Origin: Limnobacter sp.
GTDB lineage: Bacteria > Pseudomonadota > Gammaproteobacteria > Burkholderiales > Burkholderiaceae_B
Direction of reading: 5' to 3'
DNA: 64,000 bases
NCBI RefSeq assembly: GCF_036405155.1
Contig: NZ_DASWYD010000010.1
Coordinates: 53,118 to 117,117, forward strand
Translations under genes and position numbers: made by a program
Shown here: one piece after another, positions 9,938 through 18,438 of the stretch
Numbering within the stretch: the stretch's first letter is position 1
Layout of the letters: the number at the start of each line of letters is the position of its first letter
The notes under the pieces: generated by a model
The model's database searches: none
The model's input: only the letters and a program-made list of their open reading frames with translations
What the model was told of the DNA's origin: nothing

Positions 9938-10369
9938 ATGACCGCCCCACGCCACACCGACACCCAAGGACGCCCCCTGCTATACACCAGCCAGATACAA
10001 CTGCGCTGGGGCGATGTGGACCAACTCGGCCACATCAACAACACGGTGTACTTCCGGTGTTACGAGCAGGCCCGGGTGGAGTGGATCGACCTCTATCCGC
10101 AAGCCCTGGACGGCAACCCGGCCTATGTGGTGATTGTGCACACCGAGTGCAGCTTCCTGAAAGAGCTAAAGGCACCAGGCACCGCCGAAGTGCGGATTTT
10201 TGCCGGTGAATTGGGGCGCAGCAGTTTGGTTCAGCATTATGAACTGCGCCGCACCGACGACCCTGCCACAATTTACGCCACTGGCAGCGCCAAAATGGTG
10301 TGGGTCAGCCCCGAGACAGGCCGCTCTACCCCCGTGCCCGACCGCTTCCGGCAAATCATTACAACTTAG
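9938..10369 (+). CDS. acyl-CoA thioesterase, hotdog fold (YbgC/4HBT-like)
   Basis: Internal ATG at 9938. The product has RWGDVDQLGHINNTVYFRCYEQARVEW, the typical 4HBT motif. Confidence 0.8.
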   Translation: MTAPRHTDTQGRPLLYTSQIQLRWGDVDQLGHINNTVYFRCYEQARVEWIDLYPQALDGNPAYVVIVHTECSFLKELKAPGTAEVRIFAGELGRSSLVQHYELRRTDDPATIYATGSAKMVWVSPETGRSTPVPDRFRQIITT

Positions 10370-10478
10370 AACGCATCTTCAGTTTTGTGTATTGTCACCC
10401 GCTGGTTTTATTGTTACATTGAACACTGTCACCTTTAACCGTGGCAAATAACAAAAGCACCTGTGTAGGAGTCAAACC

Positions 10479-11399
10479 ATGAAGAACATCATCCCTGTAC
10501 GCCGCGACGTGAAGGTCAACCTGCCGGAAGACAAAGTCAGCGACTGGCACGAAAAAGGTCGCCATGTGACCCATTTCATGAATGCCCTGTCGATCTTTTT
10601 CCCGGCCGGCGAGCGCATGTTCATGGACGCCGTGCGCGCCTACCGCGACGACATCACCGACCCCGAATTGAAAAAAGCCGTGGTGGCCTTTATTGGTCAG
10701 GAAGCCATGCACAGCCGCGAGCATGTGGAATACAACGAAATTCTGGACCGTGCTGGCCTGCCAGCCTCCAAACTCGACAGCTTCCTGTGGAGCTTTTTGA
10801 GCTTCATCAAAAAACGCCTGGGCCGCAAACTGACGCTGGCCGGCACCATTGCCCTGGAACACTACACCGCCCTGATGGCCGACCAGTTGCTGCGCAACCC
10901 CGAGGTGTTGGGCGTGAAGTCGGAGCAAGCCTACAAGGACATGTGGACCTGGCACGCCCTGGAAGAAACCGAACACAAGGCCGTGGCCTATGACGTGTGG
11001 AACCATGTGATTCCCAACACCATGTTCAACCGTTTCCTGCGCCGCTTCGCCATGGTGTTGGCCACCGCGATTTTCTGGCCGCTCGTGGGTTATTTCCACA
11101 CCCGCCTCGTGTTGGCCGACAAGGCCACCAAGGGCACGCACTTGAAAGGTTTCTGGACAGTCACCAGCATGCTGTGGGGCAAGAAAGTGGGTGTGCTGCG
11201 CAACCCGGTGGTCAGCGGCGAATTCACCGACTACTTCAAGGCCGACTTCCACCCCTGGATGCACGACAACAGCCAGTTTTTGGAACGCATTGACGGCTTT
11301 GTGAAGCAGGTGGAAAGCTCAGGCCGTGCGCCCAATGAAGAACTGCAACAGGCCATTCGCAGCCGGATGAACAGCCAACTGAAGGCCAGCGCCGCCTAA
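10479..11399 (+). CDS. predicted metal-dependent hydrolase (PF10118-like)
   Basis: 306 aa with AGGAG at 10467-10471. FMNALSIFFPAGERMF and IGQEAMHSREH resemble the predicted metal-dependent hydrolase family. Confidence 0.65.
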   Translation: MKNIIPVRRDVKVNLPEDKVSDWHEKGRHVTHFMNALSIFFPAGERMFMDAVRAYRDDITDPELKKAVVAFIGQEAMHSREHVEYNEILDRAGLPASKLDSFLWSFLSFIKKRLGRKLTLAGTIALEHYTALMADQLLRNPEVLGVKSEQAYKDMWTWHALEETEHKAVAYDVWNHVIPNTMFNRFLRRFAMVLATAIFWPLVGYFHTRLVLADKATKGTHLKGFWTVTSMLWGKKVGVLRNPVVSGEFTDYFKADFHPWMHDNSQFLERIDGFVKQVESSGRAPNEELQQAIRSRMNSQLKASAA

Positions 11400-11415
11400 A
11401 CACGGTGTGCACTCA

Positions 11416-11444
11416 AACAGGGGCGATGCTTCATCGCCCCTGTT
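11416..11444. terminator. bidirectional stem-loop between convergent genes
   Basis: Perfect 13-bp stem AACAGGGGCGATG / CATCGCCCCTGTT with a 3-nt loop, followed by CGTCTTTGTG on the + strand. It overlaps the last codons of the minus-strand transporter gene. Confidence 0.6.
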
Positions 11445-12558
11445 CGTCTTTGTGCAAACCCTGCTGATAGTAGGCACTGGCTTGGTAAGCGGATAGCAAA
11501 TGCTGGTACACCACCTTGGCAATGGCCGCCAGGGGTAGGGCCAAAAACACCCCCACCAGCCCAAACAAGGCACCAAAAAATGCCAGGGCAAAAATCACTG
11601 CCAGGGCTGACAGGCCAATCTTGTCACCCACCACCATGGGCGTGAGGAAAAAGCCTTCGATCAGCTGGCCCGACACAAACACCAGCAACACCCACACAAT
11701 CGGCCACAGGCCCTGCAACTCCAGCGCGGATGTCAACACGGCCACCACCATCGCCACGGTCAGGCCCAGGTAGGGCACGATCGACAACAAACCCGCCAAG
11801 ATGCCAATCGCCCAACCACTCTTCAAACCGGCCAGGCTCAAACCCACCGAGTAATACACGCTGAGGAAGGCAATCACAATGACCACGCCTTTGACGTATT
11901 CGCCCAGCACCTCATCCATTTCCCGCAACAAGGGCGAAAACCGCTTCCACACATGGGGCGGAAAAAACTGTTTGGCATTGCTCGACATTTGCAACCAGCC
12001 GGGCAAAATAAACAGGGTGGAAATCACGGTCAATGAAAGAAAGCCGGTAATGCCCAACACCGATGCAGAACCCGAGCGCACCAGCGCCGTGCTCAGTTCC
12101 GCCAGTGAGGCCCGGTTTTCCTTCATCAACAACGCCACCTTGGCACGGAAGGTGTCTGAATCCATGGCCCAATTCCAGCCAAAAGTGCTTTGAAGCCAGG
12201 GCAACACAGTTTGCTTGATGTTGAGCAGCAACTGCGGCAGGTTGTTTTCAATCAGTTCCAGCTGGGTGTTCACCACGGGAATGAACAACAAGCCAAAGCT
12301 GAGCAACACCACCACCAACACCAAAAACGTGAGCACTGCGCACAGCGGCAAAGGCAGTCGCCCGCGCAGTTTTTTGTAGACCCAACGGCTGGGGTTGGCC
12401 ATGAGGTACGCCAGAATGAAGGCCGCCACAAACGGCGCCAGCACACTCCACAAGGCGACCAACCCGCCCAGCACCAGCGTCAAAGTGAGCAACAGGCCCC
12501 AGTGACGCACATAGAATTGGCGCACCAGGTCAGACAAGGCAATCTTGGGGTTTGTCAT
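11431..12558 (-). CDS. AI-2E family transporter (PerM/UPF0118)
   Basis: Multi-TM protein from the internal ATG at 12558 (MTNPKIALSDLVRQFY...). The C-terminal region FGALFGLVGVFLALPLAA is typical of the AI-2E family. Confidence 0.8.
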   Translation of the reverse strand: MTNPKIALSDLVRQFYVRHWGLLLTLTLVLGGLVALWSVLAPFVAAFILAYLMANPSRWVYKKLRGRLPLPLCAVLTFLVLVVVLLSFGLLFIPVVNTQLELIENNLPQLLLNIKQTVLPWLQSTFGWNWAMDSDTFRAKVALLMKENRASLAELSTALVRSGSASVLGITGFLSLTVISTLFILPGWLQMSSNAKQFFPPHVWKRFSPLLREMDEVLGEYVKGVVIVIAFLSVYYSVGLSLAGLKSGWAIGILAGLLSIVPYLGLTVAMVVAVLTSALELQGLWPIVWVLLVFVSGQLIEGFFLTPMVVGDKIGLSALAVIFALAFFGALFGLVGVFLALPLAAIAKVVYQHLLSAYQASAYYQQGLHKDEQGR

Positions 12559-12574
12559 GCACACCGCTCCGTTT

Positions 12575-13459
12575 TCAGACCCGGGCCCGCAAGACCAGGG
12601 CAATACCCGCCAAGGTCAGCACCATGGCCACCCACACATGCGCCTCAAAAGGCTCGCTCAACAGCACAATGCCGGCCACCGCTGCCAGCACCGGCACCGC
12701 CAACTGAATGCTGGCGGCTGAACTGGTGGGCAAGCGGGGCAATACCTTGTACCACACGGCATAGCCCACGCCACTGGCCAGGCAACCCGAGGCCAACGCC
12801 AGCACCAAGCCACCCCAGGTGGGTGGCAAGCCCGGCGCAACCACCACCACCGAATGCGCCCACCACAGCACGGCAATCAGCAGCGCCGAGCGCCAAAAAT
12901 TACCACCCGTGTCAGCCAGCGGAAAGCGGGACCCACGCCCCACAATCGAATACACCCCCCAGGACAAACCAGCCCCCGCCATGGACAACACGGCCCACAC
13001 CGAGTCTGGGTGCTGGGCCTTGGGTGCCAACAACACCATCAGCCCCAGCGCGGCCAAGGCCGCCCCCACCGCCCGCCAGCCGCGCAGGCGGTCACCCCGA
13101 AAAGCAGCATAGGCCAACATGCAAAACTGCACCGCTGCAAATTGAATGAGCGCCCCTGTGGCGGTGTTCAATTGCACATAGGCCAGCGAAAACAGAATGG
13201 CATACGCAAACAGCGACAACGCCCCTGCCCAAGACCCTGCCTGCCACACGGTGGGCGCGGCGGGCGACCCACCGGGCACACCCCACACGCCCAACAACAC
13301 CACCAGCGTGACCGCGCCACTGACCAAGCGGACGGCGGTAAAGGTGAAGGGATCAATCTGCCCCATGCCCAAAGCAGCGCGGCACAACAGGGAATTGGAG
13401 GCAAAGGCCAGCAGGACGAACGCCAGCCAGATTAGTGTGGATACTTCAATTTTTTTCAT
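12575..13459 (-). CDS. EamA/DMT family transporter
   Basis: About 294 aa with 10 predicted TM helices and a duplicated EamA-like architecture. The ATG at 13459 is preferred over the GTG at 13465. Confidence 0.8.
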   Translation of the reverse strand: MKKIEVSTLIWLAFVLLAFASNSLLCRAALGMGQIDPFTFTAVRLVSGAVTLVVLLGVWGVPGGSPAAPTVWQAGSWAGALSLFAYAILFSLAYVQLNTATGALIQFAAVQFCMLAYAAFRGDRLRGWRAVGAALAALGLMVLLAPKAQHPDSVWAVLSMAGAGLSWGVYSIVGRGSRFPLADTGGNFWRSALLIAVLWWAHSVVVVAPGLPPTWGGLVLALASGCLASGVGYAVWYKVLPRLPTSSAASIQLAVPVLAAVAGIVLLSEPFEAHVWVAMVLTLAGIALVLRARV

Positions 13460-13516
13460 GTCCACAAGTTACCATCCTTTCACACAATTCCAACATCGAG
13501 ACAGAAGGATTTCCCC

Positions 13517-14755
13517 ATGCAGATTCAATTGCGCGACCCCTTGGTATTGCCGTGTGGCGCCACCCTGCCCAACCGCCTGGTGAAGGCCGCCATGAGCGAA
13601 GCCCTGGGCACCACCGACAACCGGGTGACCGAGAAACTGGTGCGCGTGTATGAACGCTGGTCGGCTGGCGGCATCGGCATGAACATCACCGGCAACGTCA
13701 TGATTGACCGCCGCGCAAGGGCAGAGCCTGGCAACGTGGTGATTGAAGACGACCGCGACATGCCCCTGCTGAAAGCCTGGGCCAAAGCAGGCCAGTCCCA
13801 CGGCGGGAAAATCTGGGTACAAATCAACCACCCCGGCAAGCAATGCCCCAAGGGCATGAACAAAGAGACGGTGTCCCCGTCCGCAATCCCCTTCCGCAAA
13901 GACCTGCAAATGATGTTTGCCACACCGCGCGCTCTGGAAGAGTCTGAAATTCTGGACCTGATCCAGCGCTGGGGCCGCACCGCCCGCATTTGCAAGGAAG
14001 CGGGTTTTGACGGTGTGCAAATTCACGGCGCACATGGTTACCTCATCAGCCAGTTTTTAAGCCCGCTCACCAACCAGCGCACCGATGCCTGGGGTGGCAG
14101 TTCTGAAAACCGCCGCCGTTTTGTGTTGGCCGTCTATGACGAGGTGCGCAAGCAGGTGGGCCCCGACTTCCCTGTCGGCATCAAATTGAACTCGGCCGAT
14201 TTCCAGCGTGGTGGCTTTAGCGAGGAAGAGTCCCTGGCGGTGATTGAAGAATTGACCGCACGCGGCATCGACTTGGTGGAAGTGTCCGGCGGTACCTATG
14301 AAGCACCCGTGATGACCGGCGCCACCCAACCCAAGAAAGACAGTACCGTGAAACGCGAAGCCTATTTCATCGACTTCACCGAGAAAGTGCGGGCGCGCTG
14401 CAAAGTGCCCCTGATGCTGACGGGCGGGTTCCGAACAGTGGGTGGCATGAAGCAGGCGCTGAACACCGGTGCGGTGGATGTGATTGGCCTGGCCCGCTCC
14501 ATTGCCATTGAACCCGAATTGCCCAGCCGCTTGCTGGCTGATCAAGAAGCCCAGTACCCAGTAAAACCGTTGATCACCGGGGTGAAGGCAGTGGACAATT
14601 CCGGCTTGCTGGAAATTCAGTGGTACACCCGCCAGATTCACCGCATGGGCAAGGGGAAAAACCCGGTGCCCAACGAGCATCCACTGAAGGTGCTGTTTTT
14701 CTACCTGATTGAAAGCAGCTGGGGATTGTTCAAGTCCCGTCGCTTGCGGGCTTGA
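13517..14755 (+). CDS. NADH:flavin oxidoreductase (Old Yellow Enzyme / 2,4-dienoyl-CoA reductase-like)
   Basis: 412 aa with LPNRLVKAAMSE, WVQINHPG and HGAHGYLISQFLSPLTNQRTD, which are OYE TIM-barrel motifs. Confidence 0.85.
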   Translation: MQIQLRDPLVLPCGATLPNRLVKAAMSEALGTTDNRVTEKLVRVYERWSAGGIGMNITGNVMIDRRARAEPGNVVIEDDRDMPLLKAWAKAGQSHGGKIWVQINHPGKQCPKGMNKETVSPSAIPFRKDLQMMFATPRALEESEILDLIQRWGRTARICKEAGFDGVQIHGAHGYLISQFLSPLTNQRTDAWGGSSENRRRFVLAVYDEVRKQVGPDFPVGIKLNSADFQRGGFSEEESLAVIEELTARGIDLVEVSGGTYEAPVMTGATQPKKDSTVKREAYFIDFTEKVRARCKVPLMLTGGFRTVGGMKQALNTGAVDVIGLARSIAIEPELPSRLLADQEAQYPVKPLITGVKAVDNSGLLEIQWYTRQIHRMGKGKNPVPNEHPLKVLFFYLIESSWGLFKSRRLRA

Positions 14756-14767
14756 TGTGTTTGGCTG

Positions 14768-14784
14768 GGCTCACGGCGTGAGCC
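14768..14784 (+). terminator. hairpin GGCTCAC-GGC-GTGAGCC downstream of the OYE gene
   Basis: 7-bp GC-rich stem followed by TATTTA. A nearly identical hairpin occurs at 21691-21706. It may be a terminator or part of, or a target for, the repeat that follows. Confidence 0.4.
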
Positions 14785-14797
14785 TATTTAGTTGATT

Positions 14798-15225
14798 GCC
14801 CCCCAGCAACACCGGAAGCCCGGTCCGAACGCCCCCCGAAGGTAAAGGTTGCCCCGCGCACTCGAACCGGACCGATAACTCGCGCCGATGGCGCTCAGAC
14901 ATCTCGGTCCGTGTGTTCGAATGCTGTGCGGGTCAAACCGATCGGGGGGCTGACTGTTCGGCACCGGGCATACCGGTATTGCTGGGGGGCGAAAAGACTC
15001 GGTGCAATTTGGTGGCACCGTCACTGCGGCATGCGCGGTTGACCTCCCCTGCAGCGACAGTCAGGGCCATTGGCCCGAGCGTGCCAAACAGGTGCGGTGG
15101 GCACAGCCGCCAGGCTGGCCCAAAGGTCGATCCCGACTCGCTGTTTGGAGGGGCGACCTTAGCGATCGTGCGGCTCAGCGAGGGAAATACCAATGGACCG
15201 TCGCCAAGGGCGAGGTAACCGCGCT
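14798..15225. repeat. structured intergenic repeat, copy A (candidate ncRNA or ORF-less mobile element)
   Basis: About 428 bp, highly similar to 21765-22174. The 5' half folds as a long rod with four helices: 14798-14815/14973-14990, 14818-14823/14964-14969, 14825-14830/14956-14961 and 14831-14839/14942-14950. An inner helix pairs 14862-14874 with 14905-14920, capped by an apical hairpin at 14882-14894. No credible ORF; the overlapping ORFs are similar between copies only at the nucleotide level. Confidence 0.75.
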
Positions 15226-15280
15226 GCGCCGCAGCCCACGCGCCTTGATTGAAGCGGTCTCGAAATGTCGCGACTACAAT

Positions 15281-16054
15281 TCAATCCTTGTAATCCGCCG
15301 CCACCCGATCCAATTTCCGCAATAACGCCGGCCACGCAATATTGCCACCCGCACTCAAAGTCACCTTCTCAGCCGCCGCTTGAATACCCGCCACAATGCG
15401 TGGGTCCACCTGAATCAGCGCGCCGCCACTGCTTTGCGCCTTCACCTGGATTTCACACGACCGTTGCAAAAAGAACATACGCAAAAACGCATCCGCCACC
15501 GTTTTATCGCAGGTCAGCAATCCATGGTTGCGCAAGATCATGCTGCAGGTGTTGCCCAGGTCTGCCACCAAACGCACTTTTTCTTCCGGGTTCAATGCAA
15601 TGCCTTCGTAGGCGTGGTAACTCAGGCCCGACATCGGAAACAGCGAATGCTGTGAAATCGGCAGCAGTCCGTCCTTCTGTGTCGACACCGCCACGCCATC
15701 CACGGTGTGCAGGTGAATCACGCAGTTGGCGTCTTCACGGGCTTCGTGAATGGCGCTGTGAATGGTAAAACCAGCCGGGTTGATCTCATAGGGGCTGTCC
15801 ATCACCTTGCGCCCCTGCAAATCAACTTTGACCAGGCTGCTGGCCGTGATCTCTTCAAACAACAAACCATAGGGGTTGATCAGGAAGTGATGTTCCGGCC
15901 CCGGCACACGGGCAGAGATGTGGGTGAACACCAAGTCATCCCAGCCATACATGGCCACCAGGCGGTAACACGCAGCCAGGTCCACGCGCATGCGCCATTC
16001 TTCGGCGCTCACGTGTTCACGCAGTGAGTGGGTGTTGGGCAATGGTGCATTCAT
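15281..16054 (-). CDS. class II aldolase/adducin family protein
   Basis: 257 aa preceded by GAGGAGA. DLAACYRL, THISARVP and NCVIHLHT are typical of this family. Confidence 0.85.
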   Translation of the reverse strand: MNAPLPNTHSLREHVSAEEWRMRVDLAACYRLVAMYGWDDLVFTHISARVPGPEHHFLINPYGLLFEEITASSLVKVDLQGRKVMDSPYEINPAGFTIHSAIHEAREDANCVIHLHTVDGVAVSTQKDGLLPISQHSLFPMSGLSYHAYEGIALNPEEKVRLVADLGNTCSMILRNHGLLTCDKTVADAFLRMFFLQRSCEIQVKAQSSGGALIQVDPRIVAGIQAAAEKVTLSAGGNIAWPALLRKLDRVAADYKD

Positions 16055-16205
16055 GGTGTCTCCTCAGTCGTTGCTTTGGTTCAGTGTATCAGCCCGCCGC
16101 CACCCCCAAAATCGGTCAGGCGACACACCAAACTTTTCGGATTGATTCCTGTGGAAAATCGGCGCAATCTTGCCGGTAAACAATCTGTCAACAAGAGGGT
16201 ATTCC

Positions 16206-16886
16206 ATGCACGCCAAGGTCAAACCGTTTCCCAATGACCGCGCCGTCGACAACGCCCGCCAGCAGTTTCGCGCAGAGAACATTGCACCTGGCTATCGGGG
16301 TGAGTGGCACCTGGCATTCACCTGCACCTTGGCCTTGGCCGTGATCATCGGCAGCGGCATGGCCTTGCATGCCGTGCATGCCTTGGAGTGGCTCACCGTT
16401 CCCATCACCTGGTTGTACGCCAACTTTGCCGAATGGGCGGGCCACCGGTTTGTCATGCACCGCCCCGTCAAAGGGCTGGGGCTGGTGTATCGACGCCATG
16501 CCTTGCAGCACCACCGTTTTTTTACTCACGATCACATGGAAATCGACAACACACGGGACTTCAAGGCGGTGCTGTTTCCGCCCGTGTTGGTCAGCTTCTT
16601 TGTGTGCGCTTTTTTTGCGCCCATCTTCGCCATGTTGGCTTGGGCACTCAGCCTGAATGTGGCACTGCTGTTTTTACTCACGGGCATGGCGTACTTCGTG
16701 AACTATGAATTGTTCCACTTGGCCTACCACTTGAAAGAAGACCACTGGGTGCACCGCCTGCCCGGCTTTCACCGCCTGGCCCGGTTGCACACCACCCACC
16801 ACGATCAACGGTTGATGGCGCACAAAAACTTCAACATCAGCTACCCATTGACCGACTGGCTGATGCGAACTTGGGACAGGCGGTGA
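16206..16886 (+). CDS. fatty acid hydroxylase / sterol desaturase family membrane protein
   Basis: Histidine boxes HRFVMH, HALQHH and HTTHH, with 3-4 TM helices. The internal ATG at 16206 is preferred. Confidence 0.75.
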   Translation: MHAKVKPFPNDRAVDNARQQFRAENIAPGYRGEWHLAFTCTLALAVIIGSGMALHAVHALEWLTVPITWLYANFAEWAGHRFVMHRPVKGLGLVYRRHALQHHRFFTHDHMEIDNTRDFKAVLFPPVLVSFFVCAFFAPIFAMLAWALSLNVALLFLLTGMAYFVNYELFHLAYHLKEDHWVHRLPGFHRLARLHTTHHDQRLMAHKNFNISYPLTDWLMRTWDRR

Positions 16887-16905
16887 GTATCCGCAATCTG
16901 GGGAA

Positions 16906-17430
16906 TCAGAACGCGTAAGTGGCGGTGAGCGCAAAGCCATCGGCCTGGCTGCTGCCACGGTCATACAGGGCTTCGTAGCCAGCACGCACGCTGTAAGGTC
17001 CGGTTGAATACATCACACCGGCGCCGTAATTCAGTGAGCCTTTGTCATCTTTAAAGCCCACGCCATTGGCACGCCCTTTGAACGAGGCATAGCCGTAACC
17101 CAGGGTGCCGTACAGCGACCAGTTGTGAGCAGTCAGCGGCAGTGTACCCAGCACATTGGCGCCGATGTACGAGTCCACTTCCAGGCTTGAAGCACCGAAG
17201 GTGTCGTCATTGATGCCCGCACCAATTCGGCCTTCCACAGCCAGGTTGGGGTTGATTTTATACCCGAGAATGGCCGACAGCATGTCCACGTTGGCCTTGA
17301 AGCCGGGGGCAGAGTCGGTGGTGAGGTCGAGGTTGTTGTAGCCCACGCCCGCATAAATGCCTTCGGCCATGGATGACGTGCTAAACGCCATGGCCACCAG
17401 CGCAGCCGTACACAGTGCAATCTTCTTCAT
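16906..17430 (-). CDS. outer-membrane beta-barrel protein (OmpW/OprF N-domain-like)
   Basis: Signal peptide MKKIALCTAALVAMAFSTSSMA, alternating beta-strand pattern and terminal ...LTATYAF. AAGGAG lies upstream of the ATG at 17430. Confidence 0.8.
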   Translation of the reverse strand: MKKIALCTAALVAMAFSTSSMAEGIYAGVGYNNLDLTTDSAPGFKANVDMLSAILGYKINPNLAVEGRIGAGINDDTFGASSLEVDSYIGANVLGTLPLTAHNWSLYGTLGYGYASFKGRANGVGFKDDKGSLNYGAGVMYSTGPYSVRAGYEALYDRGSSQADGFALTATYAF

Positions 17431-17529
17431 GAGTGCTCCTTGAAGTGTGGATGATTGGAGCACTGACAACGCGATAAACCGTGATCGGTTTACAGACTAG
17501 AGGATTTCCACACCCTGCCCATCAGCCGG

Positions 17530-18438
17530 TCAACCATGCCCTGCCGGGTTCTCCAGCGCGCTTAAACCCGCCGCCAGCAAAATGAGGGCACCACCTGCCG
17601 CCACTTGCAGGGTCAGGCTTTCGCCCGCAAAAGCAATCGCGCTGGCCGTGGCAAACACCACTTCCGACAACATCACCACCGCCGACACATTGGCGGGCAA
17701 ACGAGAAGCCCCATACTGCAAACCATGGTTGGCCAACAACAGCGACGCCGCAAAACCCAACAACACCCACAGACCGGCAACACCCGGCCATGCGGGCAAG
17801 GGTATGGCCGCCATCGAACTGCTGGGCAACATGCCCAAACCCAGCGCCACGGCGGCAGGCACCAACACGCCGCCCACAAACATCCCCAACAGGCGAGCCT
17901 GGGCACTGGCGGCTTTTTGATGGCGAAGCAGGGTGTTGTTGAGCGCAAAAGCGGCGCCACCCATCAAGCCCAACCACTCACCCAGCGCACTGGGCCACGG
18001 GAAACCAATCTGCCCCGGTGGGCTTAACACCAGCGCAGCACCGGCCAGGGCCATGCCAATTCGCAACGCCACCCGCAAGGTGAGGGGCTCATGCAACACA
18101 AAGCGGGCCAGCAAAGCGGCCCACACCGGCATGAGATAAAACAGCAGCACCACACGGATCACGTCGGCAATGGTCACGCCCCAGTTGAAGCCCACCATCG
18201 TGGTGCCCGCCGCCAAACCCAACAACCACAGGGCTGGGTTGCGGGCATACTCCTTCAAGGCAGCCGGGGAAAACATCGCGATGGCAGCCGTTCCCAACAG
18301 GTAAGTGGCTGCAGAGGCCCACAGGGCATGCAAACCCAACCCTTGCAAGGTGCGCAAGGGCCACCAGGAACATCCCCACACCAACGCATTCAACACCAAT
18401 GCCAAATACGGCAGGGCGCTGCGCGGGTTGTCAGCCAC
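17530..18438 (-). CDS. EamA/DMT family transporter
   Basis: 10-TM protein. The GTG start at 18438 overlaps the stop of the upstream reductase gene (GTGGCTGA). Confidence 0.75.
   Translation of the reverse strand: MADNPRSALPYLALVLNALVWGCSWWPLRTLQGLGLHALWASAATYLLGTAAIAMFSPAALKEYARNPALWLLGLAAGTTMVGFNWGVTIADVIRVVLLFYLMPVWAALLARFVLHEPLTLRVALRIGMALAGAALVLSPPGQIGFPWPSALGEWLGLMGGAAFALNNTLLRHQKAASAQARLLGMFVGGVLVPAAVALGLGMLPSSSMAAIPLPAWPGVAGLWVLLGFAASLLLANHGLQYGASRLPANVSAVVMLSEVVFATASAIAFAGESLTLQVAAGGALILLAAGLSALENPAGHG

Noticed and set aside
10392-10432. Three TTGT(C/T)AC / CTGTCAC repeats upstream of the metal-hydrolase gene as a possible Pho box
   Set aside because: The half-sites resemble those of the pstC Pho box, but their spacing (19 and 15 nt) does not fit the 11-nt phasing required for PhoB dimers. 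I cannot support a regulatory call.
14788-15024. Small ORFs inside the repeat copies (78 aa at 14788-15024 and 21722-21958, and overlapping + strand ORFs)
   Set aside because: Their similarity follows from nucleotide identity. The differences between copies include frame-independent and pair-compensating substitutions. The peptides are Pro/Arg/Gly/Cys-rich with no start context.
14798-15225. Identifying the repeat as a known RNA (RNase P, tmRNA, 6S, SRP, group II intron, cobalamin riboswitch)
   Set aside because: Neither strand has GGAAAGTCCGG-type RNase P core sequence, a tmRNA 5'/3' acceptor and tag ORF, a group II 5' GUGYG plus domain V, or cobalamin B12-box features. Two copies in convergent gaps is also inconsistent with single-copy housekeeping RNAs. 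It is left as an unclassified structured repeat.
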